Shown: positions 46,377 through 56,855, counted from the stretch's first letter. The stretch is DNA of 64,000 bases from Candidatus Doudnabacteria bacterium (GCA_039931165.1 JBDTSL010000004.1:21028-85027), one strand, 5' to 3'. The notes: generated by a model from the letters alone, not told the origin. Translations and numbers: made by a program.

Positions 46377-46580
46377 AAAATTAAATCAATAATAGTATAG
46401 CACAAATTTTCATTTCTGTCAAGAGCCTTGACGAAAATTCTAACCTTTCAGATAGTATATTTATGAAAAATCAGGATTTTAAGCCCGCGCGCGAAGTTTT
46501 GGAGAAATTACATAAAGAGCCGGATACTGGCCAGAATTCACCAAAACCCGAAAACCAAGAACCAAAATATGTAACAAAAA

Positions 46581-47483
46581 TTAAGCCGAACGTTTTCTCA
46601 ATTCCCAATTATGCCAGACGATCAGGATCGGGCTGGCTATGAAGATGGAAGAGTAAGTTCCTGCCACAATGCCGATCAGCAAGGCAAGCACAAAGTAATG
46701 AATACTCTCCCCGCCGAACAGGAACAAGGACAAAAGGACAAAAATAACCGTAAGCGAAGTGTTAAGAGAGCGCACCAAGGTCTGATTGATGCTGTTATTG
46801 ATAATTTCCGACAGGGACGAACCGGCGCGGACGCGCAAATTTTCTCTGATCCGGTCAAAGACTACGATCGTATCGTGAACCGAAAATCCCAAAACCGTCA
46901 TCATGGCCGTCACAAACAGGCTGTCGACCTCGATGCCTTTGAAGTGTCCCAGAATGGAAAATGCTCCAAGGACAATGAGCAGGTCGTGAAGCAAAGCCAC
47001 AACCGCCGCGATGCCGAAACGCCAGGATGAGACCGGTTTGGAAACTTTTCTGAAAGCGTAAGCAATATAGAAAATAATTCCCAAAGAAACCAGGATCAGC
47101 TGGACAAAAGCCTGTGAACGCAATTCTTTGCCTATCACCGGGCCGATGGATGTGAATTGCTGTTCGATGACTGGGCCGAATTTATCGGACAAGGCCTTCA
47201 TTAATTTGGCATGTTCGGCCTGTTCCTGAGGGCCGGTGCGGATGATGACTTCATTGTTGCCGGCTGGCTGGATCTGAGCGCCTGTAAACCCGCTAGCAGA
47301 CAGGACTGTTTGAATTTCGCTTGCCTGCGGAGCGGCTTTGTTAAATTGAATCTGGGTCAAGGCTCCTCCGGTAAAATCAATGCCTGGTTTCAGCTTGAAA
47401 CTGACCAGAGAAACGATGCCGGCAACCAAAAGCAGGCCGGAGACCAGAAACCAGAATTTGTAATACTTCATTATGTTAAGCAT
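46581..47483 (-). CDS. secF: protein translocase subunit SecF
   Basis: 300 aa with 6 TM helices, downstream of and overlapping secD. Confidence 0.85.
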   Translation of the reverse strand: MLNIMKYYKFWFLVSGLLLVAGIVSLVSFKLKPGIDFTGGALTQIQFNKAAPQASEIQTVLSASGFTGAQIQPAGNNEVIIRTGPQEQAEHAKLMKALSDKFGPVIEQQFTSIGPVIGKELRSQAFVQLILVSLGIIFYIAYAFRKVSKPVSSWRFGIAAVVALLHDLLIVLGAFSILGHFKGIEVDSLFVTAMMTVLGFSVHDTIVVFDRIRENLRVRAGSSLSEIINNSINQTLVRSLNTSLTVIFVLLSLFLFGGESIHYFVLALLIGIVAGTYSSIFIASPILIVWHNWELRKRSA

Positions 47484-48828
47484 TTGATTTCTCCTCGATC
47501 ATTGTCCTGACCCCGTACAAACCGTGCCTGACCAGAATATTATGCCCGACTAGCATCCGCAGAAATGTCCTGGTCACCGTGATGGCGGTGAACATCGAAA
47601 CAATAATGCCCAAAGCCAGAGTAATGGCAAATCCTCGGATAATGCTTGAGCCAAAATAATACAAAATCAATGTGGTGATCAAGCTTGAAAAATTGGAATC
47701 GCGGACAGACAGCCAAGCCCGGTTAAATCCGTCTTCCACAGCCAGACGCAGGGTTTTGCCTTTGCGCAATTCCTCTTTCATGCGCTCAAAAATCAAAATA
47801 TTGGCGTCCACCGCCATACCGATCGAAAGAATAAATCCTGCGATGCCGGCCAAAGTCAGAGTGATGCCGAATAATTTGAAAATTGCCAAGGTCAAAATGG
47901 TATAAACCGCCAAGGCTAAGACAGCGAGAACTCCTGGCAAACGATAATAAATGATCATGAACAGCGCCACGATCGCAAACCCGATCAAACCCGCGGCCAC
48001 GGACTTCCGGACCGACTGCAGTCCCAGAGTGGCGCCTACGTTTTGCTGGGAGACCAGTTTGATCGGCACAGGCAATGCTCCGGCGTTGAGCCGGGTCACC
48101 AAATCCTTGGCTTCAGCAACCGTGAACTGGCCGGTGATCACGGCTTGGCCGTCGGTGATGGGCGTATTAACGGTCGGCGAGGATAAAATCTGACCATCGA
48201 GAAAAATGGCGATTCTTTTTCCCACGTTACGGGTCGTAATGTCGGAAAATAATTTAGTGCCTTCGGCGTCAAATTGAAGGGAGACTTGCGGCAGGCCGGT
48301 CCGCTGGTCAAACTCCAGAGTGGCTCTCTTGAATTGCTTGCCGGAAAGCCCGGTGGCCTTGAATGCGTCGTCAGCGGACAAGGTTACTTGGCCGTTTTTG
48401 TCAGGCGTGACATTCGGCGGATTCGGATTCTCTTCTCGGAATTCCAGAAAAGGGGTTTGCCCGATCAGGGCAATCGCTTGATTTATATCCTTCACTCCGG
48501 GTAATTCGACGATCAGACGGTTGCTGCCCGAGACCTGAACCAGAGGTTCCGATACGCCAATGGCGTTCACTCGGCGTTCAATAACGTCGCGAGCGGAACT
48601 CATGGCATCACCCTGAACCTCGGACGGGATGTTCTTCAGGTCTCCCTCGTACACCAGATGCGTGCCACCCTGCAGATCAAGGCCCAGTTTCAGGCTGAAC
48701 TGCTGGTCGTAGTTGATTTTAAACCGTTTGAGATTGATCTTGCTTCCGGCAGGAATGTCTAAATAAACCGCGCCCGCGGCCAGAAGCAAAATGGCTAAAA
48801 AAGTTAAATAAAGTCTTCGCTTTGACAT
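47476..48828 (-). CDS. secD: protein translocase subunit SecD
   Basis: 450 aa; periplasmic domain plus C-terminal 6 TM helices. Confidence 0.85.
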   Translation of the reverse strand: MSKRRLYLTFLAILLLAAGAVYLDIPAGSKINLKRFKINYDQQFSLKLGLDLQGGTHLVYEGDLKNIPSEVQGDAMSSARDVIERRVNAIGVSEPLVQVSGSNRLIVELPGVKDINQAIALIGQTPFLEFREENPNPPNVTPDKNGQVTLSADDAFKATGLSGKQFKRATLEFDQRTGLPQVSLQFDAEGTKLFSDITTRNVGKRIAIFLDGQILSSPTVNTPITDGQAVITGQFTVAEAKDLVTRLNAGALPVPIKLVSQQNVGATLGLQSVRKSVAAGLIGFAIVALFMIIYYRLPGVLAVLALAVYTILTLAIFKLFGITLTLAGIAGFILSIGMAVDANILIFERMKEELRKGKTLRLAVEDGFNRAWLSVRDSNFSSLITTLILYYFGSSIIRGFAITLALGIIVSMFTAITVTRTFLRMLVGHNILVRHGLYGVRTMIEEKSNA

Positions 48829-48875
48829 AAAAAAAGAGGTAATTCCTCAAAAGGGATTATAATAAATATTTAAAA

Positions 48876-49400
48876 TTAAGACAAGCGGCGTTTTTTAATG
48901 ATGACATCGACTTTTCTGGGAGCTGTTTTGGCCGCTTTTTCGATCAGCCAGGAGCTGGACTGGATCTTGCCGCCGGCGCCGACATTATAAACCATTTTTA
49001 TGCCGTATCTTTGGCATACCGCCAGATCCCGGTTCAGCGAAGAGGAGCGGTTTCGGGCATCCTGAATATTGCGGTCGCCGCCGTTGGCGAAAATATCCGG
49101 CTTGAGCCTGCGCAATTCCTCGCTTACGCTCATATCTTCGGGATCGTGTTTATGTCCGGAAACCAATACCTCATCCACGTATTTGATTGCTTCCAAAACT
49201 TCTTTGCGCTCTTTCACGGTCATGAATGTGAACTTTTTTTTCTTCAGAAGCCAGTTATCGTTGTTTAATATCACCACCAGAACATCGCCCAAATCTTTGG
49301 CTTCTTTTAGCATCCGGATATGGCCAGGATGGATCGGATCAAATCCGCCGGACACCGCGACCACCTTTGGTTTTTTATTCTGGGTCATAAACCTCGTCAA
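48876..49400 (-). CDS. cytidylyltransferase-family nucleotidyltransferase (RfaE-II/TagD/RibL-like)
   Basis: VVAVSGGFDPIHPGHIRML (HxGH) motif. Confidence 0.6.
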   Translation of the reverse strand: MTRFMTQNKKPKVVAVSGGFDPIHPGHIRMLKEAKDLGDVLVVILNNDNWLLKKKKFTFMTVKERKEVLEAIKYVDEVLVSGHKHDPEDMSVSEELRRLKPDIFANGGDRNIQDARNRSSSLNRDLAVCQRYGIKMVYNVGAGGKIQSSSWLIEKAAKTAPRKVDVIIKKRRLS

Positions 49401-49950
49401 TCAGCTTCTTAGTTAAAAATCTGGGCAATCCCATGACCGTGCCTTTCTCGCCCTCAATGTACGCAATGTATGGCTTGATCGGCGGATCATCCGGATGAAA
49501 CGCGCCGGCGAAATCAAAAATTCGTCCGAGCTTTATCATTTCTTCAATGAGATTATGTGGTATTTTTTGAAAGTATACTTTTGCGGAATCGACTCCCTGA
49601 ACCGATCTGCCGTTGCCGGTATTTGTCACCACAACGCCACAAATTACTTCCGCAGGAAGCAAGCCGTAAGACTGCAGCATTTCCCGCGCCTCATAATCAC
49701 TGCCGGGTTTTTCATAGAGCCTGCCGTCGTGCAGAACAATCGTATCACACGTGATCAAAAGAGCCGGCTGGGTGATCTGCTGCCTTAGATTTTCGGCCTT
49801 AGCCGAGGCGAGCATAAGAGGCAATAACCGCAAATCTTCGGACCGGATCATTTTTTCGTCAATCTGTGGCCTGAGGACATCAAACCGATACCCCCAATCC
49901 GAAAGCAATTTTTGGCGCCTTGGTGAGCTGGAACCCAGAATCATTTTCAT
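49375..49950 (-). CDS. maf: Maf-like nucleoside triphosphate pyrophosphatase
   Basis: MKMILGSSSPRRQKLL N-terminus typical of Maf. Confidence 0.8.
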   Translation of the reverse strand: MKMILGSSSPRRQKLLSDWGYRFDVLRPQIDEKMIRSEDLRLLPLMLASAKAENLRQQITQPALLITCDTIVLHDGRLYEKPGSDYEAREMLQSYGLLPAEVICGVVVTNTGNGRSVQGVDSAKVYFQKIPHNLIEEMIKLGRIFDFAGAFHPDDPPIKPYIAYIEGEKGTVMGLPRFLTKKLIDEVYDPE

Positions 49951-49993
49951 GTGTTTATTTTAGCATTTTATTTGACTTCTCGGAATCAGCGGA

Positions 49994-50338
49994 TCATATA
50001 TTATAAGTTTTTGTAAAATAAATAAAAATCAAGGCCAAAGCCACGAATACCGCGATTCCTATGCCTATCGCTTTATTGGCTCCAATTTTGTCTGAATAAT
50101 AATATATCACGAACATATAAGGCAGCCAGGCCACGATAGTCCCTAGCAGGACAAACAGGGAATGCTTGGATACAGCCTTGTTTCCGGACACTCTGGCAAT
50201 AAAAAGATACGATATCCAGGTCGAGACCGGGAATAACGCCGCCAGCCTGGAAATAGTCGGCCAACCTGAGTTCGCAAAATAAGTAATTATCGTGGTTACC
50301 GCGCCGCCAACAATAAAAACCAACAAATATTCTTTCAT
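49994..50338 (-). CDS. hypothetical membrane protein (4 TM)
   Basis: 114 aa with four hydrophobic helices. Confidence 0.3.
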   Translation of the reverse strand: MKEYLLVFIVGGAVTTIITYFANSGWPTISRLAALFPVSTWISYLFIARVSGNKAVSKHSLFVLLGTIVAWLPYMFVIYYYSDKIGANKAIGIGIAVFVALALIFIYFTKTYNI

Positions 50339-50349
50339 TTATAATATTT

Positions 50350-51291
50350 TTACTTATCCCATACAAATCCCCGTCCGAAATGCCCCCAAACCGCGGTCTG
50401 GGCGTAACCTGTCTTATCAAGTTTTAACAAAGTCCTGATCCCGCCCGGCGACAAATCATATTCTTCAGGAAACTTCACTTCCTTGCTGTCCAGTAAGAGT
50501 GTTTTCATTACCGGTTGGGGCTTTCCGATGGCATAGGCAATTTTTACCAATGCTTCTTTCGCATTATTTTTTCTGACCGAATCTGCCGCGATCTTTCTCG
50601 CTATATAAGCGCCCGAGCGGTCGACTTTGGTATAATCTTTTCCCGAAAATGAGCCACCGCCAACCGGTACATTAGGGCCATAGTTATCGATAACAATTTT
50701 GCGTCCTGAAAGACCTGTGTCCGCGTCAAATCCGCCCAAGCTCCATTCGCCGGCCGGGTTTATCAAATATTCTTCTGCAGCAATTTTCGATTGAACCAAT
50801 TTTAATAACTCCGGTATTTCGGCATTTTGGAAACTGGCCACAACCGTTAGGATTTTATTTCCATCGGTTGTCACCTGTGTCTTACCGTCAAAAGGATAAA
50901 CATTATAAATTTCCCTGCAAAGATTCCGAGCCAACTCATATTCCAAGGGCATCAGGTTTTCGGTTTCATTGCAGGCATATCCGACCATAATTCCCTGGTC
51001 GCCTGCGCCTCCTGTATCCACGCCTTGGGCGATTTGCGGACTTTGGCTTGTAGCGTTAACGGTAACTTTAAAATCAGGACCTACAAGGCCCTGTACGACC
51101 CCGGATATATCCACCGAAGCTTTGCTGGTAATTTCCCCGCTGACAGTGATCATCCCGTGCCCTCCCATGACCTCCACTGCCACCCGCGCTGCTTTATCTT
51201 GCGACAAAAAAGCATCCAGGATCGAATCTGCGATAAAATCACAAATTTTATCCGGATGCTTTGGGGAAACGAATTCAGCCGTCTTGATCAT
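50350..51291 (-). CDS. metK: S-adenosylmethionine synthetase (short form)
   Basis: SPKHPDKICDFIADSILDAFL (GHPDK motif) and DTGGAGDQGIMVGYA. Start set at the internal Met (MIKTAEFVS), clear of the response-regulator gene. Confidence 0.8.
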   Translation of the reverse strand: MIKTAEFVSPKHPDKICDFIADSILDAFLSQDKAARVAVEVMGGHGMITVSGEITSKASVDISGVVQGLVGPDFKVTVNATSQSPQIAQGVDTGGAGDQGIMVGYACNETENLMPLEYELARNLCREIYNVYPFDGKTQVTTDGNKILTVVASFQNAEIPELLKLVQSKIAAEEYLINPAGEWSLGGFDADTGLSGRKIVIDNYGPNVPVGGGSFSGKDYTKVDRSGAYIARKIAADSVRKNNAKEALVKIAYAIGKPQPVMKTLLLDSKEVKFPEEYDLSPGGIRTLLKLDKTGYAQTAVWGHFGRGFVWDK

Positions 51292-51301
51292 ATCGAGGCT
51301 A

Positions 51302-51676
51302 TTAGACAAAAAGTTTCTCGATCTGCTTGACCACAAGATCGGGAGTCACCGCTGTTTTAACGAAATAATCCACCGCGCCCAATTCCTTGGCGCGGTTAAT
51401 TTCCTTCAGCCCCGTCAGACTGGACATCACGAAAACCGGGGTTGTGATTTTTCTTTTTTTCAGATCATCCAGAACCTCGAGCCCGTTGAACAGCGGCATC
51501 ATGAGATCCAAAAGCATGACGTCATAATGCTCCTCCGCGATCCGGCGCAAGGCATCCTTGCCATCAGCCGCCACTGCCACATCAAAGCCTTCCAGGCGGA
51601 ACCTGTTTGCCATGACATCGGCCAAAAGCAGGTCGTCTTCAACTATCAAAACGCTTTTTTTTTCTTTCAGTGCCAT
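51302..51676 (-). CDS. single-domain response regulator (CheY-like receiver)
   Basis: VLIVEDD...D (phospho-acceptor in LLDLMMP) ...K; 124 aa, no output domain. Confidence 0.8.
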   Translation of the reverse strand: MALKEKKSVLIVEDDLLLADVMANRFRLEGFDVAVAADGKDALRRIAEEHYDVMLLDLMMPLFNGLEVLDDLKKRKITTPVFVMSSLTGLKEINRAKELGAVDYFVKTAVTPDLVVKQIEKLFV

Positions 51677-51683
51677 ATTGATA

Positions 51684-52283
51684 TTATTGTATGGGATTCG
51701 TTTGCTGCCGTCCAGTGGATAGAGTGGAGATTGAGCACAGTCCGCCCCACAACCCCAGTTTGTTGGTTCTGGCTGAAATTTCGGCGGCTAAAAATTCGGC
51801 GGATTTAGAGACATCAGGCGGATAAGGATAAGCGAAGGCGTAGCCCTGCTTGACCAGTTCCATGTTCACGAAAGTTCCGTCTTCCAGATAAACAAATCCG
51901 AGCCATCGGCCGTATTTGTCGGTTTCTTCCACGTCTTTATAAAATTTAATGGTTTTACCCTCTGCAAGTTGCTTATTTTTTTCCGCGGCTTCTTTAGCAA
52001 AGCATTGAACCGGTTTGCGCTGGTCAAATTCCTCAGGCGTATCAATGCCGACATACCTCAAATGGTCACCGTTGACCAAAACAATCGTGTCTCCGTCAAT
52101 TACTTGTGTCACTTTAATCGGGACACCATGTTCGGTTTTGATACTCTTGTCATATTTTATGCCGGACACCACCGGCAGGGTGGGTTTGACGCGGCGCTGA
52201 AAATAAACGCTTGTGACCAGCGTAAGCAATGCGATAAATAAAAATAGGAGTTTGTTTTTCACAGCATTATCTTTTTTCGGCAA
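51684..52283 (-). CDS. membrane-anchored thermonuclease (staphylococcal nuclease, SNase-like)
   Basis: N-terminal TM; VIDGDTIVL..RYVGIDTPE...R..G..W motifs of SNase. Confidence 0.75.
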   Translation of the reverse strand: MPKKDNAVKNKLLFLFIALLTLVTSVYFQRRVKPTLPVVSGIKYDKSIKTEHGVPIKVTQVIDGDTIVLVNGDHLRYVGIDTPEEFDQRKPVQCFAKEAAEKNKQLAEGKTIKFYKDVEETDKYGRWLGFVYLEDGTFVNMELVKQGYAFAYPYPPDVSKSAEFLAAEISARTNKLGLWGGLCSISTLSTGRQQTNPIQ

Positions 52284-54957
52284 TACGTTTTTGGTGTTCA
52301 GATGTATTCAAAAGCCCGCACTTCTTCCATTTCTTTCCTGAACCGCAAGGGCAAGGATCGTTGCGGCCGATCCCAGCGCTCAGCGCTGAGCGCTCAGCGC
52401 TGACAGTTGGCTGCGCCACAACATCAACTTTAAAGATCGTGAATGCGATCTGCCGGTTTATCTCATTCAAAAGTTTTTGGAACAATTGATACCCTTCGTT
52501 CTTGAATTCCTGTAAAGGATCCCTCTGGCCGTAGCCGCGCAGTCTTACGGAATCGCGCAAGTGTTCGATAGTATCCAGATGTTCCTGCCACAATGTATCG
52601 ATTGAGCGCAAATAAACCATCTTCTCTAATTGATTCATTACATCAGATCCAAGTTTTTCCTGCTTGCGCTTATATTCCCTTTCCGCGATCTGGACAAAGT
52701 GATTTATCAATTCAATTGAATCTTTCGAGTCAATTATATCTGATGGCTGCATCGGTAAAAATCCTGCCAGCTCCTGGTGCAGTTGCTCCAAATTCACTTC
52801 TTCCGCCGTCAGAGTAAAATTAACCAATTCGGTTATTTCTTTTTCCATTGATCCCAAAATTTCTTCAGCCAAAGATTCTTTGCGGTTCAGAACATCCTTA
52901 CGTTTGCCGTAAATTATAGTCCGCTGCTTGTTCATGACATCGTCATATTCCAGGACGTGTTTGCGTGTATCGAAGTTCAGGCCCTCGATCTTCTTTTGCG
53001 CCGATTCGATGGATCTGGAGATCAGGCCATGCTCGATCGGCTGATCATCCGGAATTCCCAAAGTCTCCATCATTTTCTGTACGCGTTCGCCGCCGAACAG
53101 CCTCATCAGGTCATCCTCCAAAGATAAAAAGAACTGCGAGGAACCGGGATCGCCTTGGCGACCCGCGCGTCCGCGCAATTGGTTATCGATACGCCTGGAT
53201 TCATGCCGCTCAGTGCCGATCACAGCCAGTCCCCCCAGCGATTTGATCTGTTCCTGCTGTTTCGGGTCCGGAATACTTCCGCCCAAAATAATGTCCACAC
53301 CTCGGCCGGCAATATTTGTCGCCAAAGTAACCGCGCCCAAACGACCTGCCTGCGCGATAATATGGGCTTCCCGTTCGTTATTCTTGGCATTCAAGGTCTC
53401 ATGAGCCACACCTGCGTTTGCCAGAAGCTGTGAGAGCATTTCGTTTCTCTCTATCGAGATCGTGCCGATCAAGATCGGCCTGCCGGCTTTGTTTAGTTCT
53501 TTGATCGTTCTTATAAGGGCAGTCCACTTCCCTTCCGCGTTTTTATAAACCTGGTCCGTTAAATCCGCGCGGACCATGGGTTTGTTGGTCGGGATCTGGA
53601 CCACTTCCAATTTATAAATTTTATGGAACTCCTCGGCCTCAGTCTCGGCAGTGCCGGTCATGCCGGAGAGTTTATGGTAGAGCCGGAACAAGTTTTGGAA
53701 CGTTATAGTAGCAAGAGTTTTGCTTTCTTGCTGAATTTTCACCGGCTGCCTGTAAACCGCGTTCTCCTTGGCCTCGATCGACTGGTGCAAGCCCTCCGAA
53801 TACCTGCGGCCGTACATCATGCGCCCCGTAAATTCATCAACTATGACTATTTCCCCTGACTTCACCACATACTGCTGGTCTCTTTTATATAGTTCCTTGG
53901 CGCGCAAGGCATTTTCATTATGGTGGACCAGCGCCACATCACTGTACAAATTCGGAACGTTCAAAATTTTCTCCAGTTTTGTAATACCTTTATCGTTTAT
54001 CATCACGGCTTTGTGCTTTTCGTCCACAGTGTAATCCTCATCCTTCATCAGCTTCTCGGCAGCTTTGGCGAATTCCAAGTATTTTTCGGTTGGATCAGTG
54101 TCAGGAGCCGAGATGATCAAAGGGGTACGCGCTTCATCAATCAAGATTGAATCGACTTCGTCCACAATCGCGTAAAACAAATCCCGCTGGACCATCTGTT
54201 CTTTGGACCAAACCATATTATCGCGCAAATAGTCAAAACCATATTCATTGTTCGTGCCATATACAATATCCGCGGCATAAGCGGCCCTGCGTCCGATCGG
54301 CCGCATGTCTTTGACATCCAAAACCAAACCCTGCACCTGCGACTCGACGTTCTTTATCTCTTCTTCGTCAGGAGCATACGCCGGGTCATACAGAAAAGCC
54401 TGCTCATGCTGGATGGAGGCCACCGATAAACCCAAATAATGATAGATTTGCCCCATCCAGGAAGCCTGCCAGCGGGCCAAATAGTCATTGACCGTGATCA
54501 GATGCACTCCGCGGCCGGCCAAAGCATTCAGATACATCGGCAGCGTCGCAACCAAGGTTTTTCCTTCTCCGGTCCGCATTTCCGCGATCGAACCTTCGTG
54601 CAGGACCATGCCGCCGAGAAGCTGGACATCATAATGTCTCTGTCCGATGGTTCGTTTGGCAGCTTCTCTTACCGAAGCAAACGCCTGCGGCAATATTTCG
54701 TCAAGATATTTTTTTGTCTCTATCAAATCTAAAGACGCCAGATCGGATTTCCATTTGGCAGTAAGTTCCTTCAGCTGGTCCTGCGACTTGGTCTCAAATT
54801 CTTTTTCTAGCGCGTTGATCTCGTCAACTTTCTTGCCCAGGCGCTTGACCACAGATTCGTTTGAAGAACTGAATAGATTGGATAAAAATGACATAAAAGC
54901 TTGCTTAGTATACCAACTTATGACCATTTTGAAAAGAATAAAAAACCGCCCCGACAA
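52267..54957 (-). CDS. secA: preprotein translocase ATPase SecA
   Basis: 896 aa; DEAD-like motor domains and C-terminal zinc finger CPCGSGKKWKKC. Confidence 0.95.
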   Translation of the reverse strand: MSGRFFILFKMVISWYTKQAFMSFLSNLFSSSNESVVKRLGKKVDEINALEKEFETKSQDQLKELTAKWKSDLASLDLIETKKYLDEILPQAFASVREAAKRTIGQRHYDVQLLGGMVLHEGSIAEMRTGEGKTLVATLPMYLNALAGRGVHLITVNDYLARWQASWMGQIYHYLGLSVASIQHEQAFLYDPAYAPDEEEIKNVESQVQGLVLDVKDMRPIGRRAAYAADIVYGTNNEYGFDYLRDNMVWSKEQMVQRDLFYAIVDEVDSILIDEARTPLIISAPDTDPTEKYLEFAKAAEKLMKDEDYTVDEKHKAVMINDKGITKLEKILNVPNLYSDVALVHHNENALRAKELYKRDQQYVVKSGEIVIVDEFTGRMMYGRRYSEGLHQSIEAKENAVYRQPVKIQQESKTLATITFQNLFRLYHKLSGMTGTAETEAEEFHKIYKLEVVQIPTNKPMVRADLTDQVYKNAEGKWTALIRTIKELNKAGRPILIGTISIERNEMLSQLLANAGVAHETLNAKNNEREAHIIAQAGRLGAVTLATNIAGRGVDIILGGSIPDPKQQEQIKSLGGLAVIGTERHESRRIDNQLRGRAGRQGDPGSSQFFLSLEDDLMRLFGGERVQKMMETLGIPDDQPIEHGLISRSIESAQKKIEGLNFDTRKHVLEYDDVMNKQRTIIYGKRKDVLNRKESLAEEILGSMEKEITELVNFTLTAEEVNLEQLHQELAGFLPMQPSDIIDSKDSIELINHFVQIAEREYKRKQEKLGSDVMNQLEKMVYLRSIDTLWQEHLDTIEHLRDSVRLRGYGQRDPLQEFKNEGYQLFQKLLNEINRQIAFTIFKVDVVAQPTVSAERSALSAGIGRNDPCPCGSGKKWKKCGLLNTSEHQKRIAEKR

Positions 54958-54972
54958 GTCAGGACGGTTCTC

Positions 54973-55890
54973 TTATTTCAGTGCTTTTGCCTTGTACTTA
55001 TACAAGATCATCTTCATTAATAGCTTGGCGGCCATGAAGTCAGGAGCTTGAAGTCCTTTGATCGGGGCAAGCTCAACCAAGTCCATGCCGACAATATTTT
55101 TTCTTTTACAAACTTCGCGGATGATGGGCAAAATCTCGTCCCAAAAAGGCCCTCCTGGTTCCGGCGTGCCGGTGGAAGGGATCATGGCAGCGTCGAAGCA
55201 GTCAATGTCAAAACTAAGATAAACATTCTCTCCCAAGCTGTTTACGATCTCATCTATCTTCCAGCTCTTGCGGTCGCGCGCCAAAAAAACTTTCACGCGG
55301 TCAGGATTGCTCTGCCAAAATTCGTATTCCAATTTATTAAAATTCCTGATGCCCACCAGAGTAGCTTTCTTGATATTCGGTAAGCCTAAGGAATATTTCA
55401 ACCACGCCGCATGAGTGAATGGATTAAGCGACCACCTGTCTCCCAGATCTAAATGCGAATCGAAAACTAAAACCGATACTTCTTTATATTTTTCATTCAA
55501 AGCCTGGGCAAATCCGTAGCTGATCGAGTGCTCCCCGCCGATCACAACAGGTAATTTTTTGGCGTCAATAATTTCACTGACAATTTTTTTCAGAAGTGCG
55601 CAGGCGGCTTCCGGCTCTTTCGGCAGTTCGGGCTGATGTGTGGTCCAAAACTTGATCTGGTTTTGTATATCATCCAGCAATTCATCGTCAAATGTTTCCA
55701 CCTGATACGAGGCTTCGATCAAACCCGCCGGGCCTTTATCCGTCCCATGCCCAAAAGTCACCGTACCTTCATAACCGAAAGGCACTATAACAGCATCTGA
55801 TGAATCAAAAGTAATCTCGGGCTTAACGCCGAGATTAAAGATGTCCAAGAAAGGCTTAGGTTGATATGCTTTTTTAAGATCAAATATCAT
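54973..55890 (-). CDS. speB: agmatinase / arginase-family ureohydrolase
   Basis: GGEHSIS, DSHLDL and SFDIDCFDAA metal-binding motifs. Confidence 0.75.
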   Translation of the reverse strand: MIFDLKKAYQPKPFLDIFNLGVKPEITFDSSDAVIVPFGYEGTVTFGHGTDKGPAGLIEASYQVETFDDELLDDIQNQIKFWTTHQPELPKEPEAACALLKKIVSEIIDAKKLPVVIGGEHSISYGFAQALNEKYKEVSVLVFDSHLDLGDRWSLNPFTHAAWLKYSLGLPNIKKATLVGIRNFNKLEYEFWQSNPDRVKVFLARDRKSWKIDEIVNSLGENVYLSFDIDCFDAAMIPSTGTPEPGGPFWDEILPIIREVCKRKNIVGMDLVELAPIKGLQAPDFMAAKLLMKMILYKYKAKALK

Positions 55891-56855
55891 TGATTCAAAA
55901 CGTAAGCAAAAATCAGAGGTGCCACGATAGTCGCGTCAGACTCGATAACAAATCGAGGGGTGGTCACATCCAGCTTGCCCCAGGTAATTTTCTCATTGGG
56001 CACGGCTCCCGAATACGAACCATAAGAAGTAGTAGAATCCGATATCTGGCAAAAATAGCCCCACAGTTTGCATTTTTCCCGTAGATCCTGTTGGATCAAC
56101 GGCACGACGCAAATTGGAAAATCTCCCACAATTCCCCCGCCGATCTGGAAAAAACCAATATCTGAATCCTTGGAATTTTGTTTATACCAGTCGATCAAAT
56201 ACGCCATTTGTTCCATTCCTGATTTCACCACGCCGTAATCTGATACTTCCTTGCGTATGACGTTTGCCACAAATATATTGCCTAATGTGCAATCCTCCCA
56301 GCCCGGGGTAAAAATCGGGATATTTTTCTCGCAGGCGGCCAGAACCCAGGAATTCTTCGGATCGATCTGGTAAAATTCCTTCAGTACGCCGCCGCGAATG
56401 AGCTGATACATAAACTCCCAAGGGAAATATCTCTCCCCTGCCTTATCAGCGTTCTTCCAAAATTTGAGGACCAACCGTTCGATCCGACGCATTGCTTCTT
56501 CCTCAGGAATACAGGTGTCAGTGACGCGGTTAAGGTTGTTTTTCAGCAGATCGACCTCATCCTGATCCGAAAGATTTCGGTAATTAGGTATCCTTTTATA
56601 GTGATCGTGAGCGATCAAATTAAAAATATCTTCTTCCAGGTTATTCGCGCTGCATGATATGGCGTGAATTTTGTCCTGGCGGATCATTTCAGCCAAAGAC
56701 AAGCCTAACTCAGCAGTGCTCATGGCTCCGCCCATGGCCAAAAACATCTTGCCGCCTTTTTCCAAATGCTTGACATATGCTTCAGAGGCGTCCACCACAA
56801 CCGCGGAATTGAAATGGCGGTAATGGTGTTTGATAAAATCTTTTATCGGTCCCAT
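55887..56855 (-). CDS. deoxyhypusine synthase-like (DHS/homospermidine synthase family) protein
   Basis: 322 aa; NAD-binding Rossmann-like fold with the FQIGGGIVGDF motif typical of DHS-like proteins. Confidence 0.55.
   Translation of the reverse strand: MGPIKDFIKHHYRHFNSAVVVDASEAYVKHLEKGGKMFLAMGGAMSTAELGLSLAEMIRQDKIHAISCSANNLEEDIFNLIAHDHYKRIPNYRNLSDQDEVDLLKNNLNRVTDTCIPEEEAMRRIERLVLKFWKNADKAGERYFPWEFMYQLIRGGVLKEFYQIDPKNSWVLAACEKNIPIFTPGWEDCTLGNIFVANVIRKEVSDYGVVKSGMEQMAYLIDWYKQNSKDSDIGFFQIGGGIVGDFPICVVPLIQQDLREKCKLWGYFCQISDSTTSYGSYSGAVPNEKITWGKLDVTTPRFVIESDATIVAPLIFAYVLNQ

Noticed and set aside
46463-46573. 36-codon plus-strand ORF (MKNQDFKPAREVLEKLHKEPDTGQNSPKPENQEPKYV) in the secF/HTH intergenic region
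   Set aside because: No RBS of note and no supporting signals; more likely promoter or leader sequence for the minus-strand module. Left unannotated.
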